Part shown: positions 50,490 through 64,000 of the stretch, one piece after another
Layout: every line of letters begins with the position of its first letter
How positions within the stretch are numbered: the stretch's first letter is position 1
Assembly (NCBI GenBank): GCA_013265495.1
Contig: MU061579.1
Span: forward strand, 6,198,963-6,262,962
Direction of reading: 5' to 3'
Source: Vicugna vicugna
Taxonomy: Eukaryota
DNA length: 64,000 bases
Position numbers and translations under genes: made by a program
Notes under the pieces: model-generated
Told to the model about the DNA's origin: nothing
Database searches by the model: none
What the model saw: only the letters and a program-made list of their open reading frames with translations

Positions 50490-50660
50490 ATTAAAATATG
50501 GACTTTCAGCATCTCTTGAAAAATCAAAATGTCTAATAACATTGAATTCACATTCCTACAAAGCAAATCTGAAAGGCTGGAAAACTGGCTACCCTTTTTG
50601 GACAGGACATACACCTTCTAGTTTGCCATAGTCTCTCCTCACCCTACTTCTCCTTGGTTA
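50490..50660. mobile_element. MER102-like hAT-Charlie element
   Basis: ttcagcatctcttgaaaaatcaaaatgtctaataacattgaattcacattcc...tctagtttgccatagtc, resembling recalled MER102. Confidence 0.6.
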
Positions 50661-53600
50661 TAACTTAGGAATTGTGGAAGTTGCAACCATGAGATGTTGC
50701 CTGAAATCACGATCAGTCAAAGACAAGCTATATGAGTGACCCTTGTGGCAACCTTGTGGATTTCTGAAGTGAAGTCTTAGAAATATATAGCCCAGATCAA
50801 AAGTTAATACCCAGCACGTTAAGAATGTTTCATCAGCAAAAGCAGCAGCCAGTGTCATCATCTGCTGAGTTCTTAAAATAAGTCAAATGACATATTAAAC
50901 ACTTCGCAGCTATTATTCACTCAACTAATTTTTGTATTTACTATAAGATGTGATGAGTCACAGACATGCAGAGGTAAACAAAGCAGACCTATGTCACTAT
51001 CTTTTTGGAGGTTACAGTATGCTAACAGAGATAGCCATTACCCAATGAATCACACAGATGTATACGTGATATGTGTATGGTATTACAAATACATACTCAT
51101 CTATACATAAAACATACAGTACAGTATACTATAGGTATAATATACATATACTTAGGTACATATAATATATACTATATAGTATATTTATGGATGTGTACAC
51201 TGTATTTATATAGTACATGTGTATACAATACATACGAGAATGACTTTATTTAAACTATATGAATTTGCTGACATTTGTCTATATTTAACCTTAAAAATGG
51301 TTACTGAATATGGTTCAAATACATTTTAATTGAGAATGTAGGAAATGCTTTTCCCCTAGTCCCAATTTTTCCTTCTTGTGTCGTGAGTCTAACCCTCCTG
51401 GCCTCTCTTTGCCCCCTCCCCTCTCCCTCAGAGAGGGGGCACTCTGCCCTGTGATTGGGTGGTAACTTACTTACTTGGTGTTTTTGTAAGGGGGAACTGG
51501 TCACAAGAGCCCTGCCCTTTCAATCCCTCTCTCTCAGGGAGCCAGAACTTTGTGTTGCTCTTCCGAGTTGTAAAACCTGTGGGAGGTATGAACGTATCCA
51601 TGGCTTCCAGATCCTGGCCTGTTGTCAAAAGGTAATGTAAGTAATATTTGATTCCTGTCTGCCTGATTTCTGTCTTTTCATTCATTTCAAACAAAGTACC
51701 CCAACATATGAGGTAGGATGAATGAACAAAATTCTATGCAAGAGAATAATAAAAGGAAGGAATGGTTTTTGATGGGTAAAACTGAAGATTCCTCTTTACA
51801 AGGATGTATAAACTGAGAAGCAGGGGCTGAGTGGGAGTGAGCTTGTGTGTTGTGCGTGTGTGTGGGAGGACTGAGGTATGTTCCAGGCAAAGAAGAACAT
51901 TTCTAAAACCTCAGAGGCAGCAAAAATCAGGAACTTTGGAGGAACTGAAAGAAGGTCTCTTGGCTAGACAGTGCGTAAAGCAGGACAAGACCAAGTTGGA
52001 GGGACCAGCAGGTACGTTATGTACCACTGTCCAGGCCATGGCTAGGTTTGGGGATTTTACTGGAAGGATGATAAGAAGACATCAAAAAGATTGACGCAGG
52101 GGAAACATAATTATTTCCTTATCTTACATAGTTTTCAAAATAACCCTTCATGGGAGGTATTGGAAGGTATTATTATGCCCACATGTCAGCTGGATAAACT
52201 GAGATACAGAGAGGTTAAATTGCAAATGTATTATTTGATGGCACATTTAGAGGCTCCCAAGACCAACCTTTTAATCACTCTTCTAGTCCATCTTCTATTC
52301 CCTTCTGAAAGAAGTACACAGTCTAATCTGTAGAGATTTCAGGGTATATGTCCATATGTAGGCTATAACTTATAAATAATAGATATGACTAATTCACAGC
52401 TTTTTGAGGGATTTATAAAAATTATTTGACACTTATAATTTGGTATCTCTGCACTTAAGGAAATAAAATGGACAATCGGATCAATTCATCCTTCCAGTTT
52501 CTACTGGATTCTAATGTTAGGGAAAATTTAATTTTTTAACTACAAAGTGCCTCTTTCGTATTATATAAACAGATTTAATAACCCCCCCAAACCAGGTAAT
52601 TAAAAACAGATTGGCAGAAGGGGAACAGAGGTTAAGAATGTCCCAGCACTTCATGAAAAAGTGTTGGTAGATCTGACAGTGAAGATGCTAACCAAGTTAC
52701 CCTCTCTGTCTCTAAGGGTGGCCGACAAGGACACATGGTTAAAAGCTCATTCACCACTGACCTCATGTGCAGTATGTACAGTGGCTACTGGTGACTTCTG
52801 TGCCGTCAGTGTCTGTTGTTCTTACTTTAGGAAACAAACATCCATATATCCTGTTTGTCTGCAAAGGTAGTGTTCTCAGTTTCTTTAAAGCACATTTTAA
52901 GAATAGATATCTATCTGCCATTTGATCATTTTCTATGTGCGAAAGATGACATAGCCTCTCAGTTATGCTGAACAGCAGGTGCACAGACCTTCAAAGACCC
53001 AACTCTCAAGTTTGCATTTCCTTCACTCCACATGGCTTCTGTAGCATCCTGTGTAATGGTTTTATATTTTTTCCTGTGGAAACACTCATACCCACACTAC
53101 TGCAACTCTGGTCTGGTTTAGCAGTCGGAATACATGGTGTCTGCCCAGTCCGTTTTGCAGGCATATTAAGGAGACCATGGCAGTCATGCTTGACTGAACT
53201 TTTCTTTCTTCCACTTGTAAAGGAATGACTGCTTATGCATTCATTCAGCCATGAATGCTTGGCTTTTTCATTCCAGTTACCAGGACACTAAAAAAGGAAG
53301 GTTTTTTTTTTTCCATTCATCTTCAGAAAAATAAGAAAATAAAACAGCACTGGAAGCAGTTACTTGCCTTTATGCCCCGGGTAGGAACAATTTTTACAGA
53401 AGTAATATTAAAAAAAGACACCGATTTAACTCATTAGATTATCTTCATAAATGCAGAGTGTACTTTTAAATAAAAAGCAAAACAGTTATACAATCATCAG
53501 ATAGTTAAATGTTTTGTTGAACAAGCTGAATTCAATAGGGAACAATTAAATGTAAAGAACTTCAGTCTTTTTTCTATTGCCCCGTCCAGACTGTGCTTTT

Positions 53601-55469
53601 GGACTTACTCTAACTCCTGCCCCTGAATGAATGAATTGTCAGTGATGAGAACAGTTTAGTATATGTAATAAAAATGTCCAGGCTGATCTAGGGTAACAGA
53701 CTAATGCCAGTGTTGTTCGTTCAGCATAAAACATACTGTCCTTAGTCACCAATCCCTTTCCCACAAGCCTGCTTCAGGTCTGGAAGCTGTCCTTGGGGTG
53801 CTGGGGAGGAGTGGAGGGGTAGACTTTTCCCTCCTCATTTCACTAGCTGCTGCATCAGACCCCTCAAGGGTCACATCAATGGGAAGAGGAGATTGAGAGG
53901 AAGGGCAGTCTCTTGAATGGGAGGTGCAGCTGTAATTTTCTAGCTCTTTCTCTCCTAGTTCTTCCCAAGGCCACTCCCCCCCTCACTGCTTAACCACTGC
54001 TGGAGTCTGGTCTCTATCTGCTGCTCCTGAAATGTTAGAAATTCTCCCTCTCAGCCAGCAGCTTTGGACATCCATCCTCAGCCCCTTTTGGGTACATTAA
54101 GTTTCTTTCTTTGAATAGACTGAGAACCTACTTCGGACTTCTCTCAGACGCTCCACAGCCTTCAGCTAGGTCCAGATCCACCACCAGCATTTACTTCTCC
54201 AAAGCTGAAACTCAAACTAATTTATATCCTACAGCTAACATAACTAAGAATAATAGACTAGAGCCTGTGGCCAAGTACACCATCCGGTAGACACAAAAGC
54301 CCACACCACTACATCAACAAGGCTGAGGGCTTTCATTTCTGCAGGAGTGCGTGCATGTGTGGTCATGTGAAATACTAAATCTATGTATTAACATTGGGGT
54401 CATATTTATTAATGACCCACAGGTAAGCTCAGTACGTAAACTATCCTTCTTACTCCTCATACCAACTCTATGAATTAAATTCCATTATTAGCCTCATTTT
54501 ATAGATGAGGGTACTTAAAAGTTTAAGAGTTGAAACAACTTTCTCAGGTTACACACCCTGTAAATGGCAGAGCTGGAAATCAAGCTTAGCACCACTGTCA
54601 GATGCATGGGCCTCGCTCACTAATTACTACATCAGGCCACCTCCCCTTGGGTCCAGAGTGTTATTAGCTTAAGTAGTGACTGATGTACAGCTATTAAAAT
54701 GGATTCTTGCATCCTTAGCCAAAGGTTTGCCCAGATAACAGACTTCAATGGCAGCTTTCATTTGTGTTATTGATGGAAATCTTTCATTGAGCGAGGTGTG
54801 TCTTAGAGACAGGCCTAAACATGACTGCAATCATCAGATTAAACAATACAAAACAATAACAACCCAAGTCTTCAAAGGAGTCCACCCACTCCCTCACACA
54901 CCTTCTTGCATACTGTGCCGCTAATACAGTCAACAGTGTCCTGATTCAAATTTCCTCTGATGGTTAATGAAATTTATAGTCTATTTAGTTATGATTTCGG
55001 GATGTTATGAATTTTGAATTCCAGTTTTGAGGTTCCCTGTGACATCTCTGAACGTTGCAGATAGTCTTACTACTCATGATAACTTGTGGAAAAAAAATGG
55101 GTTCAGTCAATAAAAGTACCAGGCAAGTCATCCACAAGCCACTTTAGTAACATGATGAGTTCAGAGCAAGTGGGTTTTCTTTATACGCAGACAGAATACT
55201 TAAGTCCTGGAAAAGAAAAAGGTCCTTGGCTATTAGGCCTACAGGGATCTCAGTGGCATGAATCAATGTTGAAAGAGAAAGTTGAAATCAGGCCTGAGGA
55301 CAGGCCCTGGAAATAGTCATCATTTTAATGCACAGTATCTAAAGGGGTTAAAGAAGCAAAGTATAGGTACAAGAAAACGTTTGAGCAACAGTTTAATCTG
55401 ATGGGATGGTTATGCCAATAGACAACCCATTCAGTTTTCCCAAGGCCTGTATGAGCCAATGGTAGCATT

Positions 55470-55735
55470 AGCACTTCCAAACTAGGGCTTCATAAAAGGT
55501 CTGTATAATGCCTTGTGAAAACAAGAGCTACTTGATCAAGTAGGTCTGGGCTTCAGTCATACTCTCGCGTAGACACTGATGACATACATTATCATATTAA
55601 AGTCTTCATGGGAGTCCTGCAGGAAAGAAACCTTTTTAACCTTGCTTAATTTAACATTTCCTAAATTAATTTGATCAGGAAACTCTTTTTGTGCAACACC
55701 TTAGTTGTTTATGGAACCACTTTCAGAACTAAGCT
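55470..55735. mobile_element. hAT-Charlie fragment (Charlie4-like)
   Basis: catattaaagtcttcatgggagtcctgcaggaaagaaacctttttaaccttgcttaatttaacatttcctaaattaatttgatcaggaaac. Confidence 0.55.
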
Positions 55736-56544
55736 GATCCAGTGGAATTAGGGAACCCCATGTCCTATGGGTACTGCTCAAAGATTACTGATTATTACTT
55801 CTTGCAGTAAAGCTATTGAGAATTTTGATGGCTATGCTTGAAAGACAAAATCTTTAAAATTTTACCAGCATGCATTTATTCTAGACATCTGATCCAGGTC
55901 CATAGACTTCAAGCTGGAAAGAAGGTTGACAAACTTGAATGAAAATTATAGAGCCTCCAGGATATGGGCCTCAATAGGAGGTTCGTCTACTTTTTCATGG
56001 AAATGAAAGTGTCCCTATGGATAAAGTTTAGGTTTTTTACTTAAAAATCAATTCTAGAATCCGATTCAACTAACAACCAAAAAGTAATAAAGATCACTAA
56101 GTTCTAGATGATAGAAAAAAATCTAACTGAAAATTTGTGAGTGGATGGTAACAAATGCCGATATAAACTCTGAAAGATCTCACTGAAGTGTACTTATAAC
56201 ATATCACTAATTTAATTAGTTTAACTTGTGACATAACTTCCAGAGAAACTCTTGAAATAGTCATATGCTAAAAATATATACATATAACAGAATGGATAGA
56301 CATAGTGCTTTAATAATAAGACTAGATAACATTTTTGAAGCCTTACTTTGTGTCAAAGTACAGAATTGAGCACTTATGTGGATGTTAATCCTCATAGTGA
56401 CCCACATTTTATAGAAGGGAAGGGAACCTAAGGATAAGAGACTTTAAGTAATTTGCTCAAATTTATATTGGTAATAAATAGTTCAGCCAGAATTACCCCC
56501 TATATTCAATAGCCCAGTACAGGATTTTTATGTAATTGGGGCTT

Positions 56545-56995
56545 TATGAGTTAGAATACTTGTTTGGATGTGGTAACAAAGACCAAAATAACAGTCGCCT
56601 AAGTAAGATAGAAGCTTATTCCTCTCAGTTCACATAAAAGTAGCTCAGAACTGGATAAAGCACTTTCCATCTTTATCAACATGTAGAATACATATATCGT
56701 GGCTGAAGATAGCTGCTATAGCACTCACCATCACATCCACATCCCAGCTGGTGGGCAGGGAAGAAGAAAGTTCACAATGTACCCATTTATAGGCCAGACC
56801 TAGAAGTTGCCCATTACTTTACTCATATCCTATGGACTAGAAGTTAACTAAATGGCTATACTTAGCTCCAAGGGAGGCTGAGAAATGAAATGTTTATTCT
56901 GGGAATCCATGTGATCACTTAAAATTCTAGTTACTACTATTAAAACAATAAGGGGAGAATGCCTACTTGGGGAACACCAGCAGTTTCTGTCACAG
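56545..56995. mobile_element. MaLR solo LTR (MLT1J-like)
   Basis: catcacatccacatcccagc...atggctatacttagctccaagggaggctgagaaatg...cagcagtttctgtcaca. Confidence 0.75.
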
Positions 56996-58529
56996 AGGCA
57001 TTAGCTACAAGCCAGTTAATTACAGAGTCCTTCAAAAATTGTGTTTTAACCTTAGAATTATTTATATTAGGCAGTCGTTTCTGCTAGAAAATGAATAGCA
57101 GGGCCAGTTGAAAGGAATGATGTGAAGTCTGAGTCAAAAAGTTCTTCACAAGGATGGGAAAGAGTTGATCTTTCTGTTACCATGACAGAAAATACATCCA
57201 ACATCTCCAAAAATATTGTAAATTCATTGGAAATAATTGTCTTATTAATCTAGAGATCAAAAATATTCACCATGTCTCTACAATGCTATTAAGATGTAGA
57301 CTGTGTTAAAGCATAAAAGATCAACATTAAATTCATGCAGAAAAGTCCATAAATAATTCATGTCTACAAGAGTCAAGGAGTAGTCACTAAAGCTATTCAC
57401 AGTCTCATTTATTCCTACTGGATTAAATGGATTATAAATAAGAAAACTAAATATGAGTAAAGTGTTATTCACCAATTAAAAATCACATCATAAGCAATAA
57501 AGTATATTCATTCTAAATAAACACATATGTGAAAGCCATCAAGCTACCTCTGAGATTAACTTGGACACCAAATGAGAGAAAAATCTACATTAGAGCAATC
57601 CATTCCAAAATACATGCAGGTAGAACACAACCAAAAATTCTATAGAAATGTCTGTTAAGAATCATTTTCCTTTGGAAAAAAATACATGAAAAATCGATGG
57701 AACCACACTGAAATTATTGCAAATATCATGAGTAGTTGGCTTAGCGTTTGAAGACTAATATTTTCCTGCATTTTGTTTGTTTTAACTAATAAACACTAAC
57801 ATTTAGTGAATTTATCACTTTGACAGAAATAAGCCAGTTTTTCAAAATCCAGTTTTCATATGACTTCCACCTACATAGAGTTCTGATTTCTTTTAAATTT
57901 TTGTATTTTCATTTCCCTTTCTTTTCTTTTTTACCTTTTCAGATGTTTTCCCAAGAATTCACTTTTATTGAGAAGAGCATTGCAAATGTCTGCACCTAAC
58001 TTGTGTTAGTACTTTGCAGCTTTCAAATCCATTTTATATGCAATTTTCGTTTACTCCTTGGAACTAATGCATATGAATGTAAAGTACACTGTTTTCTTAG
58101 AGATTTCTGAAGCTCAACACCTTTCTTAATTTTCTTTTGTTTGACTTGTGAAATCCAGGGCTTTTGATTTATATGATCTTTTTAATCGATGGCAGTTCTC
58201 ATACTCTGGAGCCTCTAAAGCACGAAGTGTAACTACATTTTTTCTAGTAAGTTCATGTGTCCCAAAAACACAGTTTCAAGGAATGCAGGCCTTGAGTTTT
58301 CTTGCAGATCATGTACATATAGCAGTATTTTTCAACAAATTTTCAACAAATAAGGGAGACATTTATGCTTTTTGAATGTTCTAAAACCTGGGAGAAAATT
58401 TTATATTGAATCCTAAGAATCATAGGCCACACACATATTTTTTTCATTTATAGTAATGGTCTTAGATGGAAACAGGCATTTTCATCACTGGATTTAGTTA
58501 AGTCTGGGTGCATCTGGAGGTTCTACGCT

Positions 58530-58770
58530 GGCAGTTCTGAAAATCTTTTGCAGCAGAAGGCTCCTCTGTTCAAATGAAATCTTCAGAGGAAATGAAAATA
58601 AAACAGATAAAACCGATGATACTCTGGTTGAAGTCAGGCGGGGGTGGGGGTGGGACCTCTTCCCCTCTGTGGGAACATGGCTAATTCTAAGCAGTTCCTT
58701 CTATCAGTGACACAGACTGTCCTGCAACTGAGCCCCGTGACTCGGGCCTCTGCTGTTGGGAAGGACTTGC
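58530..58770. mobile_element. MER117-like hAT-Charlie element
   Basis: tgttcaaatgaaatctt...ataaaacagataaaacc...ctctggttgaagtcaggcgggggtgggg. Confidence 0.6.
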
Positions 58771-59214
58771 AACAAAATAGTCTGTAAAAGTGAGAGCTGT
58801 TCCCTACGTGATAAAAGACACTGAGCCCAACACAGAAGTAACTTTAATGTATGTTAAAGAAAGCAGTCCTGGAGAGTGGTGGCTATATTATGAGGGATAA
58901 TTTTGGAGCAAGAGGTGGGCACAGCTGATTGAGCAGCAGAATGAGTAGCTTCCCATATCTGGATCTTCAGGGAAGACCTCACCTTTGATGCCTATCAGCA
59001 GGACCTAAGTTTCACAGCTTTCAAGGCCTTAGCAGCAGACATCATTAGGAACCAGGAAAAAGAGAAAAATTGCAGATGCCCATGGTAGCTGATAGGACAT
59101 TTCTTGAGGAAATTTACAACATACCTTAGAAACACTCATAAATAATTGAGGGGACGAAAAAGGCAAGGAAGGAAATCTAAGCCCCCCTTTACTTGCTAGA
59201 AGCCATATAACAGT

Positions 59215-59790
59215 GACTATCAGACAGAGTGCAATGAGAAAAAGAGAATTCACATCAATAGTTTCAACAAGGAAGATTTAATATAAGGAAAGGTGGTGTA
59301 AGCTTTGGAGACCTTGAGAGCTAAAACGGAACACTGGGCAAACCCAGAGCTAATGAAGACAAGCAACTCAAGTGCCCCAAGGGCTCTGGGACCCAAAGGG
59401 AAAAGATGGAAGTTGCCAGAGTAGCTGCTTAGAGGTGGGGCCTCATAGAGTGGAGGCTCAGACCTCTGACAGGGAGTCCCCCTTGGCTGGTGCTGGTTTC
59501 TCTAAGGCATGTGATGAGATATTCTGGAAGTACCAAAAGGAGTGGGAAGAAATAGTCACTTTGGCTCTGGATTACTACTTCCAGGAAATGCTAAGAAAAA
59601 AACAAGAAAGAGAGGGAGGTCCTCTATGCCCTTCCCACCCTATCCTCCATCCCCTCTAGTGACCCCTATTGGCAGAACCAAATAGGACATCAGCTGGTAA
59701 AGCTGTACCATACAGAAGCATAAGGAAGAATACATTTGGGGCAAAACCACAATAGATAAACAGAGAAGGACAGAAAAGAACTGTGTACGA
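59215..59790. mobile_element. Old ERVL-class LTR-like element
   Basis: Begins tatcagacagagtgcaatgag...agatttaatataagga; internal ggctggtgctgg and cctattggcagaacc motifs typical of ancient LTRs. Confidence 0.45.
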
Positions 59791-60571
59791 CTAATTATGG
59801 CCCTATATTTTTTTTTCCCAGATTGGTGTGACAGCACCATTTGGTGACACTTTTTCCTTATTTGATTCTCTATTGTTCAAAATTAAAGTGGAAAAGCATA
59901 AAAGATAGAAAATGTCTTGTAAAATTACTCTCAGAAAAAAAGTTTTATATAAATTATGGCAAAGCCATAATTTTTGAAAGACATTTTTGACATTGAATTT
60001 TATATATTGAGGTAGTAATATTAAATTTGCACCATTCAGTATCATGAAAATATATATTATAGGCAATTTTACACACATTAGAAATCATTTAATATTAGGG
60101 GCTTGACTGATAATGCCTGGTCTTAAAATTTTCTTGACTAAAGTGTTATCCTCTGCTTTTTAGAACTCAAAATTCTGGGGTCCCAACCAGATACATCTGT
60201 AGGTGTTCATACTTATTTAATTTTTTGAATAAAATTTTTGCTCCATATATCACACATTGTGTAACTGTAGGATGTTTATCTATTTAATATATAGTAATAA
60301 TCACTTTTTGAATATTCACCATGTGGCAGAAACTGTTAAACCACTTGGAAAACTACAAGTGAGGAACTTTAAACTACAACGGAGTTACTTTAATCTCAAT
60401 AACTTCTGGTCACACTTTCTTCTGTATATTTGGTACTTGAAACAAATGGATTATGCTTGCTCTAATCCAAACACAGGCTCAATATTGGACTCTGAAGCCT
60501 GGCTGTGTAGATCTCAATCCCTGTTCTAGGCTAACTTGCCCATTCATTCAACAGATGTTTATTGCACTTAC

Positions 60572-61155
60572 TCTATCAGTCAGGGTTCAGGCAGGGGAGG
60601 AGAGTCACTATGTGTTCTGAGAAAAGGAATTTATTATAAGAAACAGACTTTACAAATGTGGGAGGAGCTGAGGAAGTGAAAATCTGGAAGGCAGCATTTA
60701 GAACATCAGAGAAGTTAGCAAGCAGCCAATCTGAGAAGCCAAGTACATCCTGTTGCTAAATTAGAACCATAAAAGGGTGTTCCATGGGGAGCTTTCTCTC
60801 CATGGAGAGTTGTTCTTTCTGTGGAGACCAACCAGCTCTGGGTCCACAGCCAAGTGTTTAGGAGTATACATGAGGCCACTGTTGATCTTCAGGGCCAGTA
60901 AGCTACAAGACCAACTGGCAGAGAAGGGGAGAACTAAGACACACTGGAACCCACTGATCGCAGCTTCATCTGCCCATCATCTCATCTGGCTGCAGAACAA
61001 CTTTCAAAGAGTAATGTCTGCTGCATCACTTCCAATTTTCAAACCTCTTGCAAGTGCTTCTTTTGGCTACCTCTATAGGTAGGGGGACCATCTAGGTGAG
61101 GGGATTCTGGGAAACAGTTCTCAATTTAATGAGAATGATGTAATAGTACATCACA
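60572..61155. mobile_element. Old ERVL/MaLR-class LTR-like element
   Basis: tctatcagtcagggttcagg...ggaatttattataagaaacagactttacaaatgtgggaggagctg...gggattctgggaaacag. Confidence 0.5.
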
Positions 61156-61417
61156 GCCTGTCCATGCAAGAAACTCAGTAAGTAATCCTCTGTAAAATGG
61201 GAATAATAACAGGGTGTTTGTGACAATGAAATGACATAATGCACATAAAGATTTTAGCAGTGTCTGCCACATGGTGAATATTCAAAAATTATTATTACTA
61301 TTATTATTATTATTATTATATATTGAAGAGATAAATAAAAATGGAAAGTAGTGTGATTAACTCTGCTCAAGGTAAATTAAGGACATTATATGTACACATT
61401 ATATGCCCAGTATATTG

Positions 61418-61862
61418 TTTTGGTGGCCATGAGAAGGTGTCTCTTGGATCTCTGACTGCTTAGTATGTAACTAATGGACCCAGCTTTTAAGCTTTGAAAC
61501 CCATCACCTCAATGCTGTTAGGGCCATGCCTTCCCGTTGGCCTCCAGCCAATGACTGGGTGTGGCAGCAATACTAAGGCAAGTGTGCTCCCGGAGACCAG
61601 AAATTCCTCTGGCAGTAGAGATTTTGGCTCAAGACCTACTAGATGACCATGATGAACTTTCTTTAGAGCTGCAAGGTGCATCTAGAATCAATACTTTCTC
61701 TCCTTCCTTCCTTCCTTCCCTGTCTCTTTTCTTCACCCAAGGTCAGACCAAGCTTCTCCCAGCTCCCTTCCCTTTTCTCTCACTGGCAGTTCCCCTGAAT
61801 AAATTTCTAGCATGTTTAATCTGGTACTGGTGTTTGCTTTTTGGAGGACATGGGCTAACTTG
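61418..61862 (+). mobile_element. ERVL solo LTR (LTR16-like)
   Basis: ctccagccaatgactggg...ttcacccaaggtcagacc...ttcccctgaataaatttctagcatgtttaatctgg...tgctttttggaggac...ctaac. Confidence 0.75.
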
Positions 61863-62441
61863 AGTGCAAAGGAAAAATGTCAGTACCCTAAAAAAATAAA
61901 GTGTAGTACCAAAAAGTGAAAAAAGGAAAAATTAATAAACAGGTGATTAATTCAGAAGAGTTGATCTTTATAATTTTATTAGACCACCAAGAAAAGCTGC
62001 CTGGGTATTAATTCTCAACTTCTTTCTTTACAGAGAGTTTCAAGATAAAAGTTTTATTTGTTTATTTATTTATTTTTACATAGCGTTTACATATTTTATA
62101 CACCCTACCTTCTCTCTCAGAAGCCAGGCTGTGACTGGGGAGTCCCTCAGTGAGAAGGGGAAAATCCTGTTCTCCTGAGGCCACACTGGTGCAGACTCAT
62201 GGAAGCCACTCCCATTTCCTAGCTCCCTTCCTTCTTGTCCACAGCCACTGGGCTTTTTGGCTGCAATGAAGTCGTGGCTGGGAGAGTATCCTGGGAAGAG
62301 TATCAACCTTTCCACGTTCCAGGAGTCCAAGTAGGTAGAGAGACACTTGATCCTGCTGTTTACAATGCAGTATTGAGTGGACACGCATCTATTCCAGCCT
62401 AAAGCGTAGTTAATGTAATATTTGAATGAGACTGTTAGGGA

Positions 62442-62860
62442 TGTTAAAAGATAAACTGAGGCATATTAAGCATTTTAAGAGTTTATGTGTTGTACTGAAC
62501 ACTGGAATTTGACACAACACTGTAAAATGATTATGAATCAAAAAAAAATGCTGAAGAAAAAAAAAAGAGTTTATGTGGGCAAAAATCGACTCAACTCAGG
62601 CAGTGTCAAGTTAGAGGTGGTTAGGAGCACTCTACCAAGAGCCAGGGGAAAGACTTATATAAAGAAAGTGCAGAAGCAAAGAAAGGAAATGATCTGATTG
62701 GCTGTAGTTTAAAGCCTAGCTGGCTATTTGTGATTGGTTGTCCTTAGCATTTTAATTTCATAATCTTGAGGCCTTTACAGACTTAAATTTGGATCTGCTT
62801 GTGTGGCTGCCGTGGCATTGGCGCCTTCTCAGCCTGTTGGCCTCCTTGTTTAATTTAACA
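62442..62860 (-). mobile_element. ERV1-type solo LTR with a nested L1 stub
   Basis: Termini TGTTAA...TTAACA; 4-bp flanks ggga/gaga. Two ATTGG (CCAAT on minus strand) and a TATATAA box in LTR promoter order. Confidence 0.78.
62490..62564 (+). mobile_element. Young L1 3' stub inserted in the LTR, 13-bp TSD
   Basis: acactggaatttgacacaacactgtaaaatgattatgaatcaaaaaaaaatg plus A tail; identical aagagtttatgtg at 62477-62489 and 62565-62577. Confidence 0.88.
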
Positions 62861-64000
62861 GAGATAAACTAATCCTCATTTCTTTGCCTGCTTTAACCTC
62901 TATTCCTGCATCAATTGAGGTTATCAGTAATTAGCACATCTAAGTAAATATTCTATTGTCCTAAAGACAATTCTTTTCCCATAATACAATTTAATGTTCA
63001 ACTACTCTCAATGAAATTTGATACAATAACCATGAAGAAAGTTTGATGCTTTTTCAAAGCCTCTTTTGGAGACCTTGTTTATTATTTTAGTGCTCTTTAC
63101 ATCAAGATCTCTACATTAAAATCATCAAGGATTCAGTATTAGAAATGTGTTATACCTTCTTTCATCTAAACATGAGACCAGTAGAATTCATCGTGCTGTT
63201 GCCTTGATGGCCAGGGAGCTCACTGTTAGGTTCAGTGCTTAAGAGCAATCTTAGCTCTTTTTCAGTAATTTCTTTTCTTTTTTTTTTCCTGAATAATTTC
63301 TGATTTTTCTGATTTTATCTGTAATGATCATATATTTATGAGTTTAAGTACCTCAAAATATTTGGATTTGTGGGGGTGGGAAATACACAGGTTATAACTA
63401 CTATATATGCCTATATATGTGCATATATTCTATATATGTTTATATATATAAAATACATATATATAAATGTTGACTCCACTCAAACCATGATTACAAATTC
63501 CTGACCAACTTTTAGAAAGAAATAATACTTAAGGGAGTTGTAAATACTTTAACAGTTCCAATTCAAGTAAGTGTGTGAAGCTTGTATCTCAGCTTTTCTA
63601 CTTAAAAGAATGATTCACTCTCTTTCGCCTGCAGCAGGTGCCGGAACTGGAACATGGAACTCACCAGCTGCAGAGGCAGCTCTGTAGTAAAACCTCGTCC
63701 TCTTCACCTAGTTTTCCCCTCAGTGTCCTCATTTATAAAAGGAGGACCAGTGGGGCCTAAGGGATCACTTCCAGCTCTGGAATTGTATGATTTTTTAGAG
63801 TTTAAGGTTATTCGATTTTGACACTTCAAGATTTAATTATCCTAAGAGAACTTGTTCAGGAATGACAAGGAGGGGTGGCATTGGCAAAAGGAAGTTTCCA
63901 TACTCACATCTATTTACAAAGACATGCTCAGGAAATAGACCCTAGTGAAGCATTTCCTCTCAAATTAGATTTGAATGTTATATCACATATGAGCCTTCTG

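Noticed and set aside
51310..54250. Two GC-richer LTR-like patches (about 51340-51690 and 53700-54250)
   Set aside because: Probably ancient LTR relics, but I could not assign termini or family from the sequence alone.
45100..64000. Coding exons of a neighbouring gene (DTHD1 lies upstream of ARAP2 in human, from memory)
   Set aside because: No ORF or exon with recognisable similarity found; probably beyond the right edge of the window.

Overview
Eukaryotic (mammalian) genomic DNA, most likely from a camelid. The evidence is two Vic-1-like tRNA-derived SINEs and young artiodactyl-type L1 3' ends; I recognised no Alu or Bov-type SINEs. The window holds the 5' half of ARAP2 on the minus strand. 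It has a CpG-island promoter with non-coding exon 1 (donor at 44135; 59-N gap inside the island) and six coding exons: 29233-30128 (CDS part of the 1040-nt exon 2), 17984-18042, 16813-16889, 15986-16077, 14176-14529 and 653-722. These splice in frame through GT-AG sites into 516 codons covering the SAM domain, a long linker and the start of PH1; the gene continues beyond position 1. The rest is intronic and upstream sequence rich in L1, L2, MIR, HAL1, DNA transposon and LTR relics. There are no prokaryotic-type systems. The most interesting leads are at RNA level: a circularised exon 2 would encode a 337-aa SAM-only protein, an out-of-frame uORF overlaps the start codon, and intron 6 holds a candidate poison exon and an ETS/RUNX cluster. 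Repeat family names and comparisons with human ARAP2 come from memory, and boundaries of old repeats are approximate.
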